From Candidatus Borkfalkia excrementipullorum (GTDB lineage: Bacteria; Bacillota; Clostridia; Christensenellales; Borkfalkiaceae), in contig DXDH01000071.1 of NCBI GenBank assembly GCA_019115565.1, positions 27,375-91,374 on the forward strand: DNA of 64,000 nt, in the 5' to 3' direction. The notes beneath the pieces were generated by a model. It searched no databases. It was given only the letters and a program-made list of their open reading frames with translations, and was not told where the DNA came from. Below are positions 1 to 9,844 of this stretch, in pieces. The position numbers were made by a program, and so were the translations under genes. Each line of letters starts with the position of its first letter. The stretch's first letter is position 1.

Positions 1-612
1 CATCCCGCCCCCAAACGATTGCAGGGCGAGCTTTCCGTCAATCGTATATGTAAAGGCGATTTCGGGGTTCCCCAACACAAATCTCTGCACAAAATTGGTG
101 ATTTCCCCCTCCTCTCCCTTGTCCGTCCGCATAAACTTCGCGCGGACGGGAGTATTGAAGAATAAATTCTCCGCCGTAATTTCCGTACCCGAGCCGAGCG
201 CGCACGGCTGCACGCCCGATATTTGCCCGCCGACGCAGGAAATTTCAAACGCCTCGCCAGCATCCTTCGCCTTTGAGCGAAGCGTTACCCTGGCAACGGA
301 AGCAATGCTCGCCAACGCCTCGCCCCGAAACCCGAGCGTACGGATTACATCCAAATCCTCCGCCTTGGCAATCTTGCTGGTCGCATGCGGCAAAAAGGCG
401 GAAGTGAGGTCACCCACATCGATTCCGCCCCCGTCGTCGCTGACGCTTATCAAATCTTTGCCGCCCCGCTCGATTGCGACGGCAATATTTTTTGCGCCCG
501 CATCGATGCTGTTTTCGACAAATTCTTTGACGACGGAATACGGCCGGTCGACGACCTCGCCAGCCGCAATCCGATTATAGACACTACTGTCTAAAATGTT
601 TATTTTCGCCAT
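1..612 (-). CDS. mutL: DNA mismatch repair protein MutL (N-terminal part; truncated by the window edge)
   Basis: Manual translation from ATG at 612 gives MAKINILDSSVYNRIAAGEVVDRPYSVVKE...HATSKI...TLGFRGEALASIA (GHKL ATPase motifs of MutL); directly downstream of mutS; not in the ORF track. Confidence 0.95.
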   Translation of the reverse strand, partial: MAKINILDSSVYNRIAAGEVVDRPYSVVKEFVENSIDAGAKNIAVAIERGGKDLISVSDDGGGIDVGDLTSAFLPHATSKIAKAEDLDVIRTLGFRGEALASIASVARVTLRSKAKDAGEAFEISCVGGQISGVQPCALGSGTEITAENLFFNTPVRAKFMRTDKGEEGEITNFVQRFVLGNPEIAFTYTIDGKLALQSFGGGM

Positions 613-617
613 AAATA

Positions 618-3200
618 TCAATCCTTTTTGACCATATCCACCAAATCGGACAGCAAATTAAACGCCTGCATCGGCGTGAGGTTGTTCATATCCGTATCCA
701 ACAGAATCCGCTCCGCGGGGCTGTATGCAGGCTCCGCGACCGGTGAAGAATGTTCTTCTTTTGCCGCGGACTGCCGGGCGATATCGCTCTTTTCCAACTG
801 CTTCAAAATCTCTTTCGCGCGCGAAGTGACCTCCGCAGGCACGCCCGCCAAACGGGCCACCTCGATGCCGAAACTCTTATTCGCCCCGCCGCGAACGATT
901 TTGCGAAGAAAAATTATCCCGCTTCCGCTCTCTTTTACGGATACTTTGTAATTCTTTACCCCCTCGATTTTGCCTTCCAATTCAGTAAGCTCATGATAAT
1001 GCGTGGCAAAGAGAGTTTTCGCACGGATACGCTCGGTGATGTACTCCAGCACCGACCACGCGATACTCAAGCCGTCGTATGTGCTGGTGCCGCGCCCTAC
1101 CTCGTCCAAAATGAGGAGAGAATTTTCCGTCGCGTTCAAAACGATAGACGCGACTTCCGTCATTTCGACCATGAACGTGCTTTGGTCGAGAATGAGGTTG
1201 TCGCTCGCCCCGACACGCGTAAAAATGCGGTCGATAACGGGAATCTGCGCCGACTTTGCCGGGACATAACACCCGATATGCGCCATCAGCACGATGAGCG
1301 CGTTCTGGCGCATGTAGGTACTCTTGCCCGCCATATTCGGCCCGGTGATAACCATCGTTTTGGCGTTGCTTCCAAGGTCTGTATCATTGGGCACAAACCG
1401 CTCTTTGCTGAGCGCTTCCACGACCGGGTGCCGCCCGTCGCAAATTTTTAAATCCCCGCCGGCGTCCACAATCTGAGGTTTGCAATAGCCGCGCTCTTTG
1501 GCGACGCTCGCAAAGGAAACGAGGCAGTCGAGCATCGCAACGGATGCGGAAAGTGCCTTTAACTTCGGCATCTCTCCACTAAGGCGCGCCTTGATTCGCT
1601 CAAAAAGTTCGATTTCCAAGCGGAGGCTCTGCTCCGTGCTCGACAAAATTTTCTCCTCGAGCGCCTTCAGCTCGTCCGTCGTATACCGCTCCGCGTTGGC
1701 GAGCGTTTGGCGGCGCTGGTAATTGTACGGCACCTTATCCTTGAACGAGTTCGTCACCTCGATGGAATATCCGAAAACGCGGTTGTATTTAATCTTTAAG
1801 TTGCGGATTCCCGTGCTCTCGCGCTCGCGCGCCTCGATTTCCGCTATCATTTTTGCGCCGTTGTCTCGCACGGAACGCAGCTCGTCCAACTCCCGGTCGA
1901 ATCCTTCCCGAATGTAGCCGCCCTCCTTGATATTGACGGGCGGATTTTCGATGAATGCAGATTTTAAAAGGGCGGCAAGCTCTGAAAAATCCCCGAGGTT
2001 TCCCGCTATGCTCTGCATCTGCGGCGTAGAAAAGCCGGAAAGCTGAAACTTTAAATTCGGCAGCAAATCGAGGGAAGAAGCCAAATTTTCGCAATCGCGC
2101 GGCGTCAGATTGTTGTTGGAAATTTTTCCGGCAATGCGCTCGATATCGCGAATACCGCCCAGCGTGTCCGCAATCCCGATGCGAATCACGGTGGCGTTAA
2201 ACAGCTCGCTTACGCCGTTCAGCCTGTATTCGATGTCCGCCCGGTTCTGCAACGGATTCAGAAGCAGCCGGTTCATAAGCCGCGCCCCCATTGCCGTCTT
2301 TGTTTTATCCAAGAGCCACAAGAGCGACCCCTTCTTTTTTCCGTCGCCGAGGGTGCGGACAAGCTCCAAATTGCGAATCGCACTGTTGTCCAGCATCATC
2401 GTCTTGTTCTCGTTGACGAATTTGACGGAATCGATGATTTTGAGCGCGTGCTTCTGCGTCTCTTTCAAATATTCGAGCAATGCGCCGCACGCCGAAATTG
2501 CCGCCTGTTCCCGCGCAATCCCGAACGGCTCCAGCGTCTTGCAGTTGAGCTGCTCCAAAATATTTTTTTCCGCATGCCGCAGCGCGAAAGCCCACGGAAC
2601 ATAGCAGGAAAAAGGCGGGAGCGCGCGCAGCAACGGTTGCTCTTTGGATTGAAGCAGAAATTCGTCGTTGCAAATAATTTCCGCGGGGGAAATCTTTCCA
2701 AGATATTCCAGACTCAAATCGATGCAGTTCCCGCCGGAACACGTCCCCGTGTTAAATTCGCCCGTCGTGATATCCGCCCAGGCGAGGGCGCATACGTCGC
2801 CCTCTTTGTAGGCGCAGGCAATATAATTGTTCGCCTTTTCGTCCAACAAATTCTCTTCGATGAGCGTACCCGCAGACACGACGCGGATAACGTCCCTCTC
2901 GACGATTCCGCGCCCCGGCGTCGGGTCAGTCAGCTGTTCGCAAATTGCGACCTTTTTACCGAGCGACACAAGCTTGGCAATATAGGTATCCGCCGCATGG
3001 TACGGGATGCCGCACATGGGCGCGCGCTCTTCCAAGCCGCAATCCCGCCCCGTCAGCGTCAAGTCAAGCAGCTGCGAAATTTCCTTTGCGTCCTCGAAAA
3101 ACATTTCGTAGAAGTCGCCCAAGCGGTAAAAGACGACGCAGTCTTTGTATTTCTCTTTAATCTCCAGATAGTGCCGCATCATCGGCGAAAGTCCGTTCAT
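618..3200 (-). CDS. mutS: DNA mismatch repair protein MutS
   Basis: 860 aa; FYRLGDFYEMF, Walker A TGPNMAGKSTY, STFMVEM, DEVGRGT, FATHYHEL. Confidence 0.98.
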   Translation of the reverse strand: MNGLSPMMRHYLEIKEKYKDCVVFYRLGDFYEMFFEDAKEISQLLDLTLTGRDCGLEERAPMCGIPYHAADTYIAKLVSLGKKVAICEQLTDPTPGRGIVERDVIRVVSAGTLIEENLLDEKANNYIACAYKEGDVCALAWADITTGEFNTGTCSGGNCIDLSLEYLGKISPAEIICNDEFLLQSKEQPLLRALPPFSCYVPWAFALRHAEKNILEQLNCKTLEPFGIAREQAAISACGALLEYLKETQKHALKIIDSVKFVNENKTMMLDNSAIRNLELVRTLGDGKKKGSLLWLLDKTKTAMGARLMNRLLLNPLQNRADIEYRLNGVSELFNATVIRIGIADTLGGIRDIERIAGKISNNNLTPRDCENLASSLDLLPNLKFQLSGFSTPQMQSIAGNLGDFSELAALLKSAFIENPPVNIKEGGYIREGFDRELDELRSVRDNGAKMIAEIEARERESTGIRNLKIKYNRVFGYSIEVTNSFKDKVPYNYQRRQTLANAERYTTDELKALEEKILSSTEQSLRLEIELFERIKARLSGEMPKLKALSASVAMLDCLVSFASVAKERGYCKPQIVDAGGDLKICDGRHPVVEALSKERFVPNDTDLGSNAKTMVITGPNMAGKSTYMRQNALIVLMAHIGCYVPAKSAQIPVIDRIFTRVGASDNLILDQSTFMVEMTEVASIVLNATENSLLILDEVGRGTSTYDGLSIAWSVLEYITERIRAKTLFATHYHELTELEGKIEGVKNYKVSVKESGSGIIFLRKIVRGGANKSFGIEVARLAGVPAEVTSRAKEILKQLEKSDIARQSAAKEEHSSPVAEPAYSPAERILLDTDMNNLTPMQAFNLLSDLVDMVKKD

Positions 3201-3237
3201 TCGTATCCCTCTATCTCTCTGTTTGAATACTATCCGC

Positions 3238-4557
3238 TCACTCCGCGAGTTCGCCCATCAGCGAAACGCCCGAAGTTTCCCCTATCTTCAAACGAACAAA
3301 ATCGCCGATGCAATCCCGTTCGCTCCTGAAATACCCCATGCGGCCGTACTCGTCGCGCCCGAGGTACAGCCCCTTCTTTTTATCGTAATCTTCGCACAGA
3401 ATCTCAATCGTTTTACCGCGGTAGGCGACGGATTTTTCGCGCGTCTGCTCGTTGACGAGTTCCACAAGGCGCATGATGCGCTCCTTTTGAACCTCCTCGG
3501 GAATCTGCCCGTCCATCGCCGCGGCGGCGGTGCCGCTTCGGCGGGAATAGACGAATGTAAACGCCGTTGCAAAGCCCGCTTCGCGCACGAGCGACAGCGT
3601 AGCCTGAAAGTCCTCCTCCGTTTCCGTGGGAAAACCGACCATGATATCCGTCGTGAGCTGGCAATCGGGCACATACTTGCGCAGAAGCTCCACCTTTTTC
3701 AGATATTCCTCCGCGGTATATTTGCGGTTCATAAGTTTTAAAATGCGATTGGAACCGGCTTGCACCGGCAGATGGACGAGATGGCACACCTGCGGACATT
3801 CGGCAATCGCCCGCACGAGCTCCTCGCCGAAGTCCTTCGGGTTGCTCGTCATAAACCGCAAACGGAACTTTTCGTCTCGCCGGCAAATGTCGCGCAAAAG
3901 CTGCGGGAAGGAGTATTCGCCGCCGCAATCGTTGCCGTAGGAGTTTACATTCTGCCCCAACAGCGTAATCTCTTTGTACCCGCCGCGGACGAGCGCGTCG
4001 ACTTCCTCCAAAATTTTTTGGGGTGCACGGCTCCTTTCCCGCCCGCGCACATACGGCACAATACAGTAAGAGCAAAAGTTGTTGCAGCCGTACATGATGT
4101 TAACCCAGGCATTGGGAAAACTCGTGCGATAGGAATAATCGTCCTCGCGAATTTCCCCTTCCTTGCCCCAGATATCGACAACCACTTTTCTATTGCCCGC
4201 TTTTCTGTCCAACAGTTCGCCGAGCGTATCGAGGTTGTGCGTTCCGAACACAATATCCACAAACGGGAATTTTTTCCGAAGTTTTTCAGCGGCGCCCGCC
4301 TGCTGCGTCATGCACCCGCCGACGGCAATCAAAAGCGACGGCCGGCTCTTTTTCAATTTTTTCAGCGCGCCGATGTTGCCGTAAGCGTGGTTTTCCGCGT
4401 TTTCCCGTATACAGCAGGTGTTGAATACGATGATATCCGCCTCCTGCTCGCTTTCGCCTTGCGTATATCCGCGCGAGCGCAAAATGCCCGCAATCTTCTC
4501 CGATTCGTGTACGTTCATCTGACAGCCGTACGTTACAATCCAATACTTCTTTTCCAT
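3238..4557 (-). CDS. miaB: tRNA-i6A37 methylthiotransferase MiaB (radical SAM)
   Basis: TYGCQMN, NTCCIRENAE, GCNNFCSYCIVPYVRG radical-SAM motif, C-terminal TRAM-like region. Confidence 0.95.
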   Translation of the reverse strand: MEKKYWIVTYGCQMNVHESEKIAGILRSRGYTQGESEQEADIIVFNTCCIRENAENHAYGNIGALKKLKKSRPSLLIAVGGCMTQQAGAAEKLRKKFPFVDIVFGTHNLDTLGELLDRKAGNRKVVVDIWGKEGEIREDDYSYRTSFPNAWVNIMYGCNNFCSYCIVPYVRGRERSRAPQKILEEVDALVRGGYKEITLLGQNVNSYGNDCGGEYSFPQLLRDICRRDEKFRLRFMTSNPKDFGEELVRAIAECPQVCHLVHLPVQAGSNRILKLMNRKYTAEEYLKKVELLRKYVPDCQLTTDIMVGFPTETEEDFQATLSLVREAGFATAFTFVYSRRSGTAAAAMDGQIPEEVQKERIMRLVELVNEQTREKSVAYRGKTIEILCEDYDKKKGLYLGRDEYGRMGYFRSERDCIGDFVRLKIGETSGVSLMGELAE

Positions 4558-4587
4558 TCAATCTTCCAAAAAAATTTACTCTCATTC

Positions 4588-4616
4588 ATTATAACTTTTT
4601 CGCGGATTTTTTTCAA
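4588..4616 (-). promoter_or_regulatory. sigma-A promoter for miaB-mutS-mutL
   Basis: Minus strand TTGAAA-17 bp-TATAAT. Confidence 0.7.
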
Positions 4617-4685
4617 GTCTTTCAACTTTGTTGCGAGCGAAATAATTTGCGCAAATTTTCAGATACTGTTAAAAGGGTTAGAAAT

Positions 4686-6902
4686 ATGAAAGCACTCAAA
4701 AAGATAAGTATCATTCTGCTGTGCGGACTGCTCCTGTGCACTGCGGCCGCCGGTTTTTACTACGTTGCGGCGACGGCGGGCGCAAAATTGGACGAAGCAA
4801 AACTCGAATGCACGGACGCCTGCATCGAAGTTTACGACGCAAAGGACAATAAAATTTCCGATTTATCCTTTAAGAGCGCCAACAAAAGCGTGCGGTTCAG
4901 CGAATTGCCCGCACACGTTCCGCACGCCTTTGTCGCCGCCGAAGATAAAAATTTCTATTCGCACCGCGGCCTGGATTATAAAGGCATGGCGCGTGCGCTC
5001 CTGAAAAATATAAAGGCGCGCTCCTTTAAACAGGGCGCCTCCACCATCAGCCAGCAGCTCATCAAAAACACACAGCTTTCGAGCGAAAAGACGCTCGCTC
5101 GGAAATTGAAGGAAATCAAGCTCACGCGCAGTCTCGAAAGGAAATACTCGAAAGACCAAATCATGGAAATGTATTTAAATACCATCTATTTCGGGCACGC
5201 CTGCTACGGAATCGCGGGCGCATCCGATTTCTACTTTGCGAAGGGCGCGGAAAACCTGTCGGTAGCGGAAGCCGCCATGCTCGCGGCAATCATAAAGTCC
5301 CCCAACAATTACTCACCTTTCCTCGCGCCCGAAAAGTGCATGAATGCCCGCAACGCCGTGCTGAACCGAATGTTCGCCCTGGGTTATATTTCGGAAAGCG
5401 AATGCAAGCAGGCGAAAGCCGCGCCGCTGCCCGAAAAGCAGGATAACTCCATCGCATCCAAAACGTACCTTGCCGGCGTCTATGCGGAAATGGAATCCCT
5501 TCCGCTGTATTCACCGTACCGCTACCGCGGCGGCTGCAAAATTTACACGTATATGGATAGAGACATGCAGGACTACGCGGAAAACTTAAAAACGGACGCC
5601 GACCGTTCCGGAAAGAGCATCCTGGTTTGCGACAACAAGGCGCACGGCATCACGGCCTGGCACACGACCGAAGGGGAAATACGCAGACAGCCCGGCTCGG
5701 TAATCAAACCGCTCGCCGTGTACGCCCCCGCCCTGGAAGAAAATAAAATTTCGCCCTGCACACCCGTCCTGGACGAAAAAATCGATTTCGGCGGATATTC
5801 CCCCTCCAATTATAAAGACGATTACAAGGGGTACGTTTCCGCAAGACAGGCCTTGGCGGAAAGCCTGAATATTCCCGCCGTAAAAATACTCAATTCTCTG
5901 GGCATTGAAAAGAGCGAACGGTATCTGCTCCAAATGCAGCTCTTCCTTTCCCCGGAAGATAAAACGCTTTCCCTTGCGTTGGGCGGCTTGAGCGAAGGTT
6001 TTACCCCGCGCGAAATCGCGGCCGCCTATACGGTATTTCCCAACGGCGGACAGTATTCTCCCCTCGCCTTTATACGGAAAATTGAAGACTCTGCGGGGAA
6101 CACCCTCTACGAGCGCAAAATTACCAGTCAAAAAGTATTTTCGGAAGACACGGCGGCTCTCATAAACGATATGCTGGCGAACGCCGCAAAAACGGGAACC
6201 GCAAAAAAACTTGCAACCTTGCCCTTCCCGGTGTGCGCCAAGACGGGAACCAGCGGAACGGAGGAAGGCAACACCGACGCGTGGGCGGTGTCCTATACCC
6301 CCGAACACACGATAACCGTTTGGATGGGCAACGCCGACAATTCACTCACCGATATAACGGGCGGCGGCTTGCCCTGCCACTACGCTCTCCTTTTAAACAA
6401 AAGGCTATACCGAAGCGCTCGCCCGGCCGAATTCCAATCCTCGCCAAAAGTCGTGGAATGCCTTTTGGATAAAATCTCCTACGAGCGAGACCACACCGTC
6501 AAACTCGCCGCGTCAAGCGCGCCCGAACAATACATCCTGCACGAACAATTCCGCGAATGCAACCAACCGAAGGAGTACGGAAGTACTTTCGGCGAGCCTA
6601 CGGCAAATGCGGCGATTTATTATAAAAATTCGAGGGTTTATATCGAATTATGCCAGACAGAATACTATGATTATTTAATTAAACGGGCGGAAAACGGAAA
6701 AACCACCGCACTGTTTGACGGCCACTGCGACGGAAATTATTGCGACGACAATGTTTTGCCGAACAAGAAATACACCTACTCGGTAACCCCTTACTTCGTC
6801 GGGAGCGACGGAGAAAAGCATTTCGGCAAAGAAATGTTCCTGCCCTCCGTCTACACCAAAAAGGAAGCAGCCAAACCGCCCAAAAATTGGTGGGCTTCGT
6901 AA
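4686..6902 (+). CDS. Class A penicillin-binding protein (transglycosylase/transpeptidase) with C-terminal FN3-like region
   Basis: N-terminal TM anchor; GT51 motifs EDKNFYSHRG, QGASTISQQLIKN, YLNTIYFG; TP motifs SVIK, SLN, KTG; ATG at 4686. Confidence 0.92.
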   Translation: MKALKKISIILLCGLLLCTAAAGFYYVAATAGAKLDEAKLECTDACIEVYDAKDNKISDLSFKSANKSVRFSELPAHVPHAFVAAEDKNFYSHRGLDYKGMARALLKNIKARSFKQGASTISQQLIKNTQLSSEKTLARKLKEIKLTRSLERKYSKDQIMEMYLNTIYFGHACYGIAGASDFYFAKGAENLSVAEAAMLAAIIKSPNNYSPFLAPEKCMNARNAVLNRMFALGYISESECKQAKAAPLPEKQDNSIASKTYLAGVYAEMESLPLYSPYRYRGGCKIYTYMDRDMQDYAENLKTDADRSGKSILVCDNKAHGITAWHTTEGEIRRQPGSVIKPLAVYAPALEENKISPCTPVLDEKIDFGGYSPSNYKDDYKGYVSARQALAESLNIPAVKILNSLGIEKSERYLLQMQLFLSPEDKTLSLALGGLSEGFTPREIAAAYTVFPNGGQYSPLAFIRKIEDSAGNTLYERKITSQKVFSEDTAALINDMLANAAKTGTAKKLATLPFPVCAKTGTSGTEEGNTDAWAVSYTPEHTITVWMGNADNSLTDITGGGLPCHYALLLNKRLYRSARPAEFQSSPKVVECLLDKISYERDHTVKLAASSAPEQYILHEQFRECNQPKEYGSTFGEPTANAAIYYKNSRVYIELCQTEYYDYLIKRAENGKTTALFDGHCDGNYCDDNVLPNKKYTYSVTPYFVGSDGEKHFGKEMFLPSVYTKKEAAKPPKNWWAS

Positions 6903-6904
6903 TT

Positions 6905-6963
6905 AAAAAAATGCGGCGGAGCAATTCATAAATCCAAAAGGTTTTATGTTGCTCCGCCGCATT
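6905..6963. terminator. Long hairpin between convergent pbp and thiI (probable terminator)
   Basis: AATGCGGCGGAGCAA...TTGCTCCGCCGCATT 15-bp inverted repeat with an A-tract on the left (U-tract on the minus strand). Confidence 0.8.
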
Positions 6964-6964
6964 A

Positions 6965-8119
6965 TCATATGCGCAGCGTTTCCAATGTTTCGAACGCTTC
7001 CTCTATCAATTTTTCGACGTCCAACCGCGCCTCCGCACGGAGAACATCTTCCATTTTGGGGCGAATCAGCGGATGCTTCGGCAGAAATACCGTGCAGCAA
7101 TCCTCATACGGCAAAATCGACGTTTCAAAGGTACCAATCTCGCGCGCCCGCTCAATAATTTCCGTTTTATCGAATCCGACGAGCGGACGCAGAATCGGCA
7201 GCTTTTTTACAACCGAACCGGAAGAAGTCATCCCCTCGATTGTTTGGCTGGCAACCTGCCCCAAACTCTCTCCCGTGACGATACATTGCCCGCCGACACG
7301 CTCAGCAAGGCGCTCCGCTATGCGCATCATAAAGCGCCGCAACAGCGTAATCATCATTTCCTCCGGGCAATTTTTATGAATCGCCTCCTGAATGTGCGTT
7401 ACGCTGACGACGTGCAAATTCATACCGCCCGTATAGCCGCTCAAAATATGCGCCAATTGCTCCACCTTTTCGCGCGCCTGCATATTCGTATACGGATAGC
7501 TATGAAAATGCAGTCCGTCCAAAACCATGCCGCGCTTGGCAATCATATGCCCGGCAACAGGGCTGTCGATTCCGCCCGAAAGGAGCAATATCCCCTTGCC
7601 GGATGTTCCGACGGGCATGCCTCCCGCACCTTTGATGTGCCTGCTGAATACGAGCGCGTCCCCGTTCTCCCGAATGTCGATGCAAATTTCATGCTGCGGC
7701 GCATGAACGTCGACCTTTAAATTCGGATTATCCTGCAAGAGCCGGCCACCGATTTCGGAGTTTACCTCCATGGAATGGAGCGGAAAACTTTTGGCGGCTC
7801 GGTTCGTTATTACTTTGAAGGTTCCGCCGGCGGGCGCAATCAATTTCACCGTTTCGTAAATCGTCTCGATATCCGCCGGGACTTTATACGCCGCACTCAA
7901 AGTGTGTGTACCGAAAACTTTGGATAATTTCTCCAAAATCTCGTCTGTGCGTTCCTGGTCAAAATTCTCAACGATATAGCGGCCGCTCGGTTTGCGAATT
8001 TCATGGCGAATCCCCGTCAGCGCTCTTTCCAGGTTCGTCATAAAAACCTTTTCGAAATATCCCCGGTTCTTCCCTTTTAAATGTATTTCACAATACCGTA
8101 CGATAATTACTTTTTCCAT
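6965..8119 (-). CDS. thiI: tRNA 4-thiouridine(8) synthase ThiI
   Basis: EIHLKGKNR, THUMP domain, PP-loop LLSGGIDSPVA, TGESLGQVASQT, PYEDCC. Confidence 0.96.
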   Translation of the reverse strand: MEKVIIVRYCEIHLKGKNRGYFEKVFMTNLERALTGIRHEIRKPSGRYIVENFDQERTDEILEKLSKVFGTHTLSAAYKVPADIETIYETVKLIAPAGGTFKVITNRAAKSFPLHSMEVNSEIGGRLLQDNPNLKVDVHAPQHEICIDIRENGDALVFSRHIKGAGGMPVGTSGKGILLLSGGIDSPVAGHMIAKRGMVLDGLHFHSYPYTNMQAREKVEQLAHILSGYTGGMNLHVVSVTHIQEAIHKNCPEEMMITLLRRFMMRIAERLAERVGGQCIVTGESLGQVASQTIEGMTSSGSVVKKLPILRPLVGFDKTEIIERAREIGTFETSILPYEDCCTVFLPKHPLIRPKMEDVLRAEARLDVEKLIEEAFETLETLRI

Positions 8120-8123
8120 CGGT

Positions 8124-9245
8124 TCACCTCATTCTCTCCGCAAGCTGGCCCGCGCATCGGTTCATTATCTCAACGGCTTGCACCGCTTCATCCATTGTCG
8201 TTTTAGCGGAAAACGAAATCCGCAATACGCCGTCCGCCGCTTTTTCGCTCAACCCGCACGCCAACATAACGCGGCTGTAGCGGTTTTTCGACGAGCACGC
8301 GGAACCGGTTCCCACGACGATGCCCTCGTCGTTCAGCATGTGCAGCAACACTTCGCCGCGCAGCCCCTGCGCCGATACGCTCAAGATATACGGAGACGCC
8401 TGCGGCGAAGATAAAATTGTAAATATGTCCGGTTGCAGATTTTCTCGAAAATAGCGATTGATTTCCGCAATTTTGCGAAAATCCTCCTCTAAGGACGAAA
8501 ATTTCTTTTCCGCGGCAAATTCAAACTGCTTAATCGCAAACATATTTTCGGTGCCGCTCCGCAGCCCCTTTTCCTGCCCGCCCCCGCAAACGAGCGGACG
8601 AATGTGCAGATTTTTCTTGAAAAACAGAGCGGCGGCACCGCGTACACCGCCGATTTTATGCGCGCTGACGGAGTACAAATCCATCTCCCGGTTCAGTTTA
8701 AACGGCACCTTGCCGAAAGCCTGCACCCCGTCGCTGTGAAAGAGATTTTTATTATTTTTCAATTTGACTTGTTTGGCAATTTCGCCGACAGGGTTGACGG
8801 CGCCCGTCTCGTTATTGACGTGAATAACCGAAACAAGCGATGTGTTTTTATCGATTAAGGAAAGCAAATTTTCGAGATTGACACTGCCGTCGGCATTGAG
8901 CTTCGCAAAGCGAACGTCGGTACCGCGGCGAATAAGCTCTTTGGCACTATTGAACACAGCCGCGTGTTCCCCTTCCGTCGTAACGATATTTCCGCGCGAC
9001 ACGCTGCAAAACAGAGCCTGGTTATCCGCTTCGCTTCCGGACGCGGTAAAAATGAGGTCGAAATCGGCAGCCGAAGCTATATGAGCCAGAATATTTTTCC
9101 TTGCCTCTTCCAACTCTTTATGCGCCGCAAACCCCTCCCGATAGAGCGCGGAGGGGTTGAAAAAATCATCCTGTAAAAAATGCATAGCCTTTTCCACTGC
9201 GTCCCCTTCCGGGCGCGTGGTGGCGGCATTATCCAAATAAATCAT
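8124..9245 (-). CDS. iscS: Cysteine desulfurase (IscS/NifZ-like partner of ThiI)
   Basis: MIYLDNAATT, VNNETG, SAHK PLP lysine, GSACSS catalytic Cys; adjacent to thiI. Confidence 0.9.
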   Translation of the reverse strand: MIYLDNAATTRPEGDAVEKAMHFLQDDFFNPSALYREGFAAHKELEEARKNILAHIASAADFDLIFTASGSEADNQALFCSVSRGNIVTTEGEHAAVFNSAKELIRRGTDVRFAKLNADGSVNLENLLSLIDKNTSLVSVIHVNNETGAVNPVGEIAKQVKLKNNKNLFHSDGVQAFGKVPFKLNREMDLYSVSAHKIGGVRGAAALFFKKNLHIRPLVCGGGQEKGLRSGTENMFAIKQFEFAAEKKFSSLEEDFRKIAEINRYFRENLQPDIFTILSSPQASPYILSVSAQGLRGEVLLHMLNDEGIVVGTGSACSSKNRYSRVMLACGLSEKAADGVLRISFSAKTTMDEAVQAVEIMNRCAGQLAERMR

Positions 9246-9829
9246 CGTCTGTTAAATTCCGATTCCAAAATATTCCTGCGGGTATAACGCAAAATCGTAG
9301 AAAGCAATTGCGGGCGGCATTCAAGTACCAAAATCCGTTTTCCGACATTCGTTGCCGCCTGGATATAGAAGAACTCTCTGTCCTCTTCTGCTTCGCTGTT
9401 CGGAGTCAGGATATCTTCCTTGGTATCGGGCGAGGCTTTCAGCTTTTTATATGTTTCGGAGTCGACGCGGCCAATCAAGATCAATTTATCGTCGGACAAG
9501 CGGTAAAGCAATTTGCGCTTTCTATTATGCAAAACTTTGCAAATCCGCAATTCTCCCGAAACAAACGTATAATCGTAACTCAGATAAAAAGAGTGCCTTT
9601 TTATAAAGAGAAATACTGCGCAGACGACCATCGCCACAAACATTATTCCCCATATGATAAAGGACGGAATATACTGTGCCTCCGCCGGAATTCCCATCAT
9701 CAGAGTAAAAAAGGAAATTACAGCAAAGACAATACACAAAACAGCTGTAACCGTAAATAAGGTATAGCGCCGTTTCGCCGGTTTTTCGTCGTGCAACGCG
9801 ACACTCTCTTCATAAAAGATTTCCTGCAT
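9242..9829 (-). CDS. Hypothetical membrane protein (2 N-terminal TM helices plus a soluble domain)
   Basis: 195-aa ORF; stop overlaps the iscS start (ATGA); two hydrophobic segments. Confidence 0.75.
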   Translation of the reverse strand: MQEIFYEESVALHDEKPAKRRYTLFTVTAVLCIVFAVISFFTLMMGIPAEAQYIPSFIIWGIMFVAMVVCAVFLFIKRHSFYLSYDYTFVSGELRICKVLHNRKRKLLYRLSDDKLILIGRVDSETYKKLKASPDTKEDILTPNSEAEEDREFFYIQAATNVGKRILVLECRPQLLSTILRYTRRNILESEFNRR

Positions 9830-9844
9830 ATCTGGCTCCGTGGT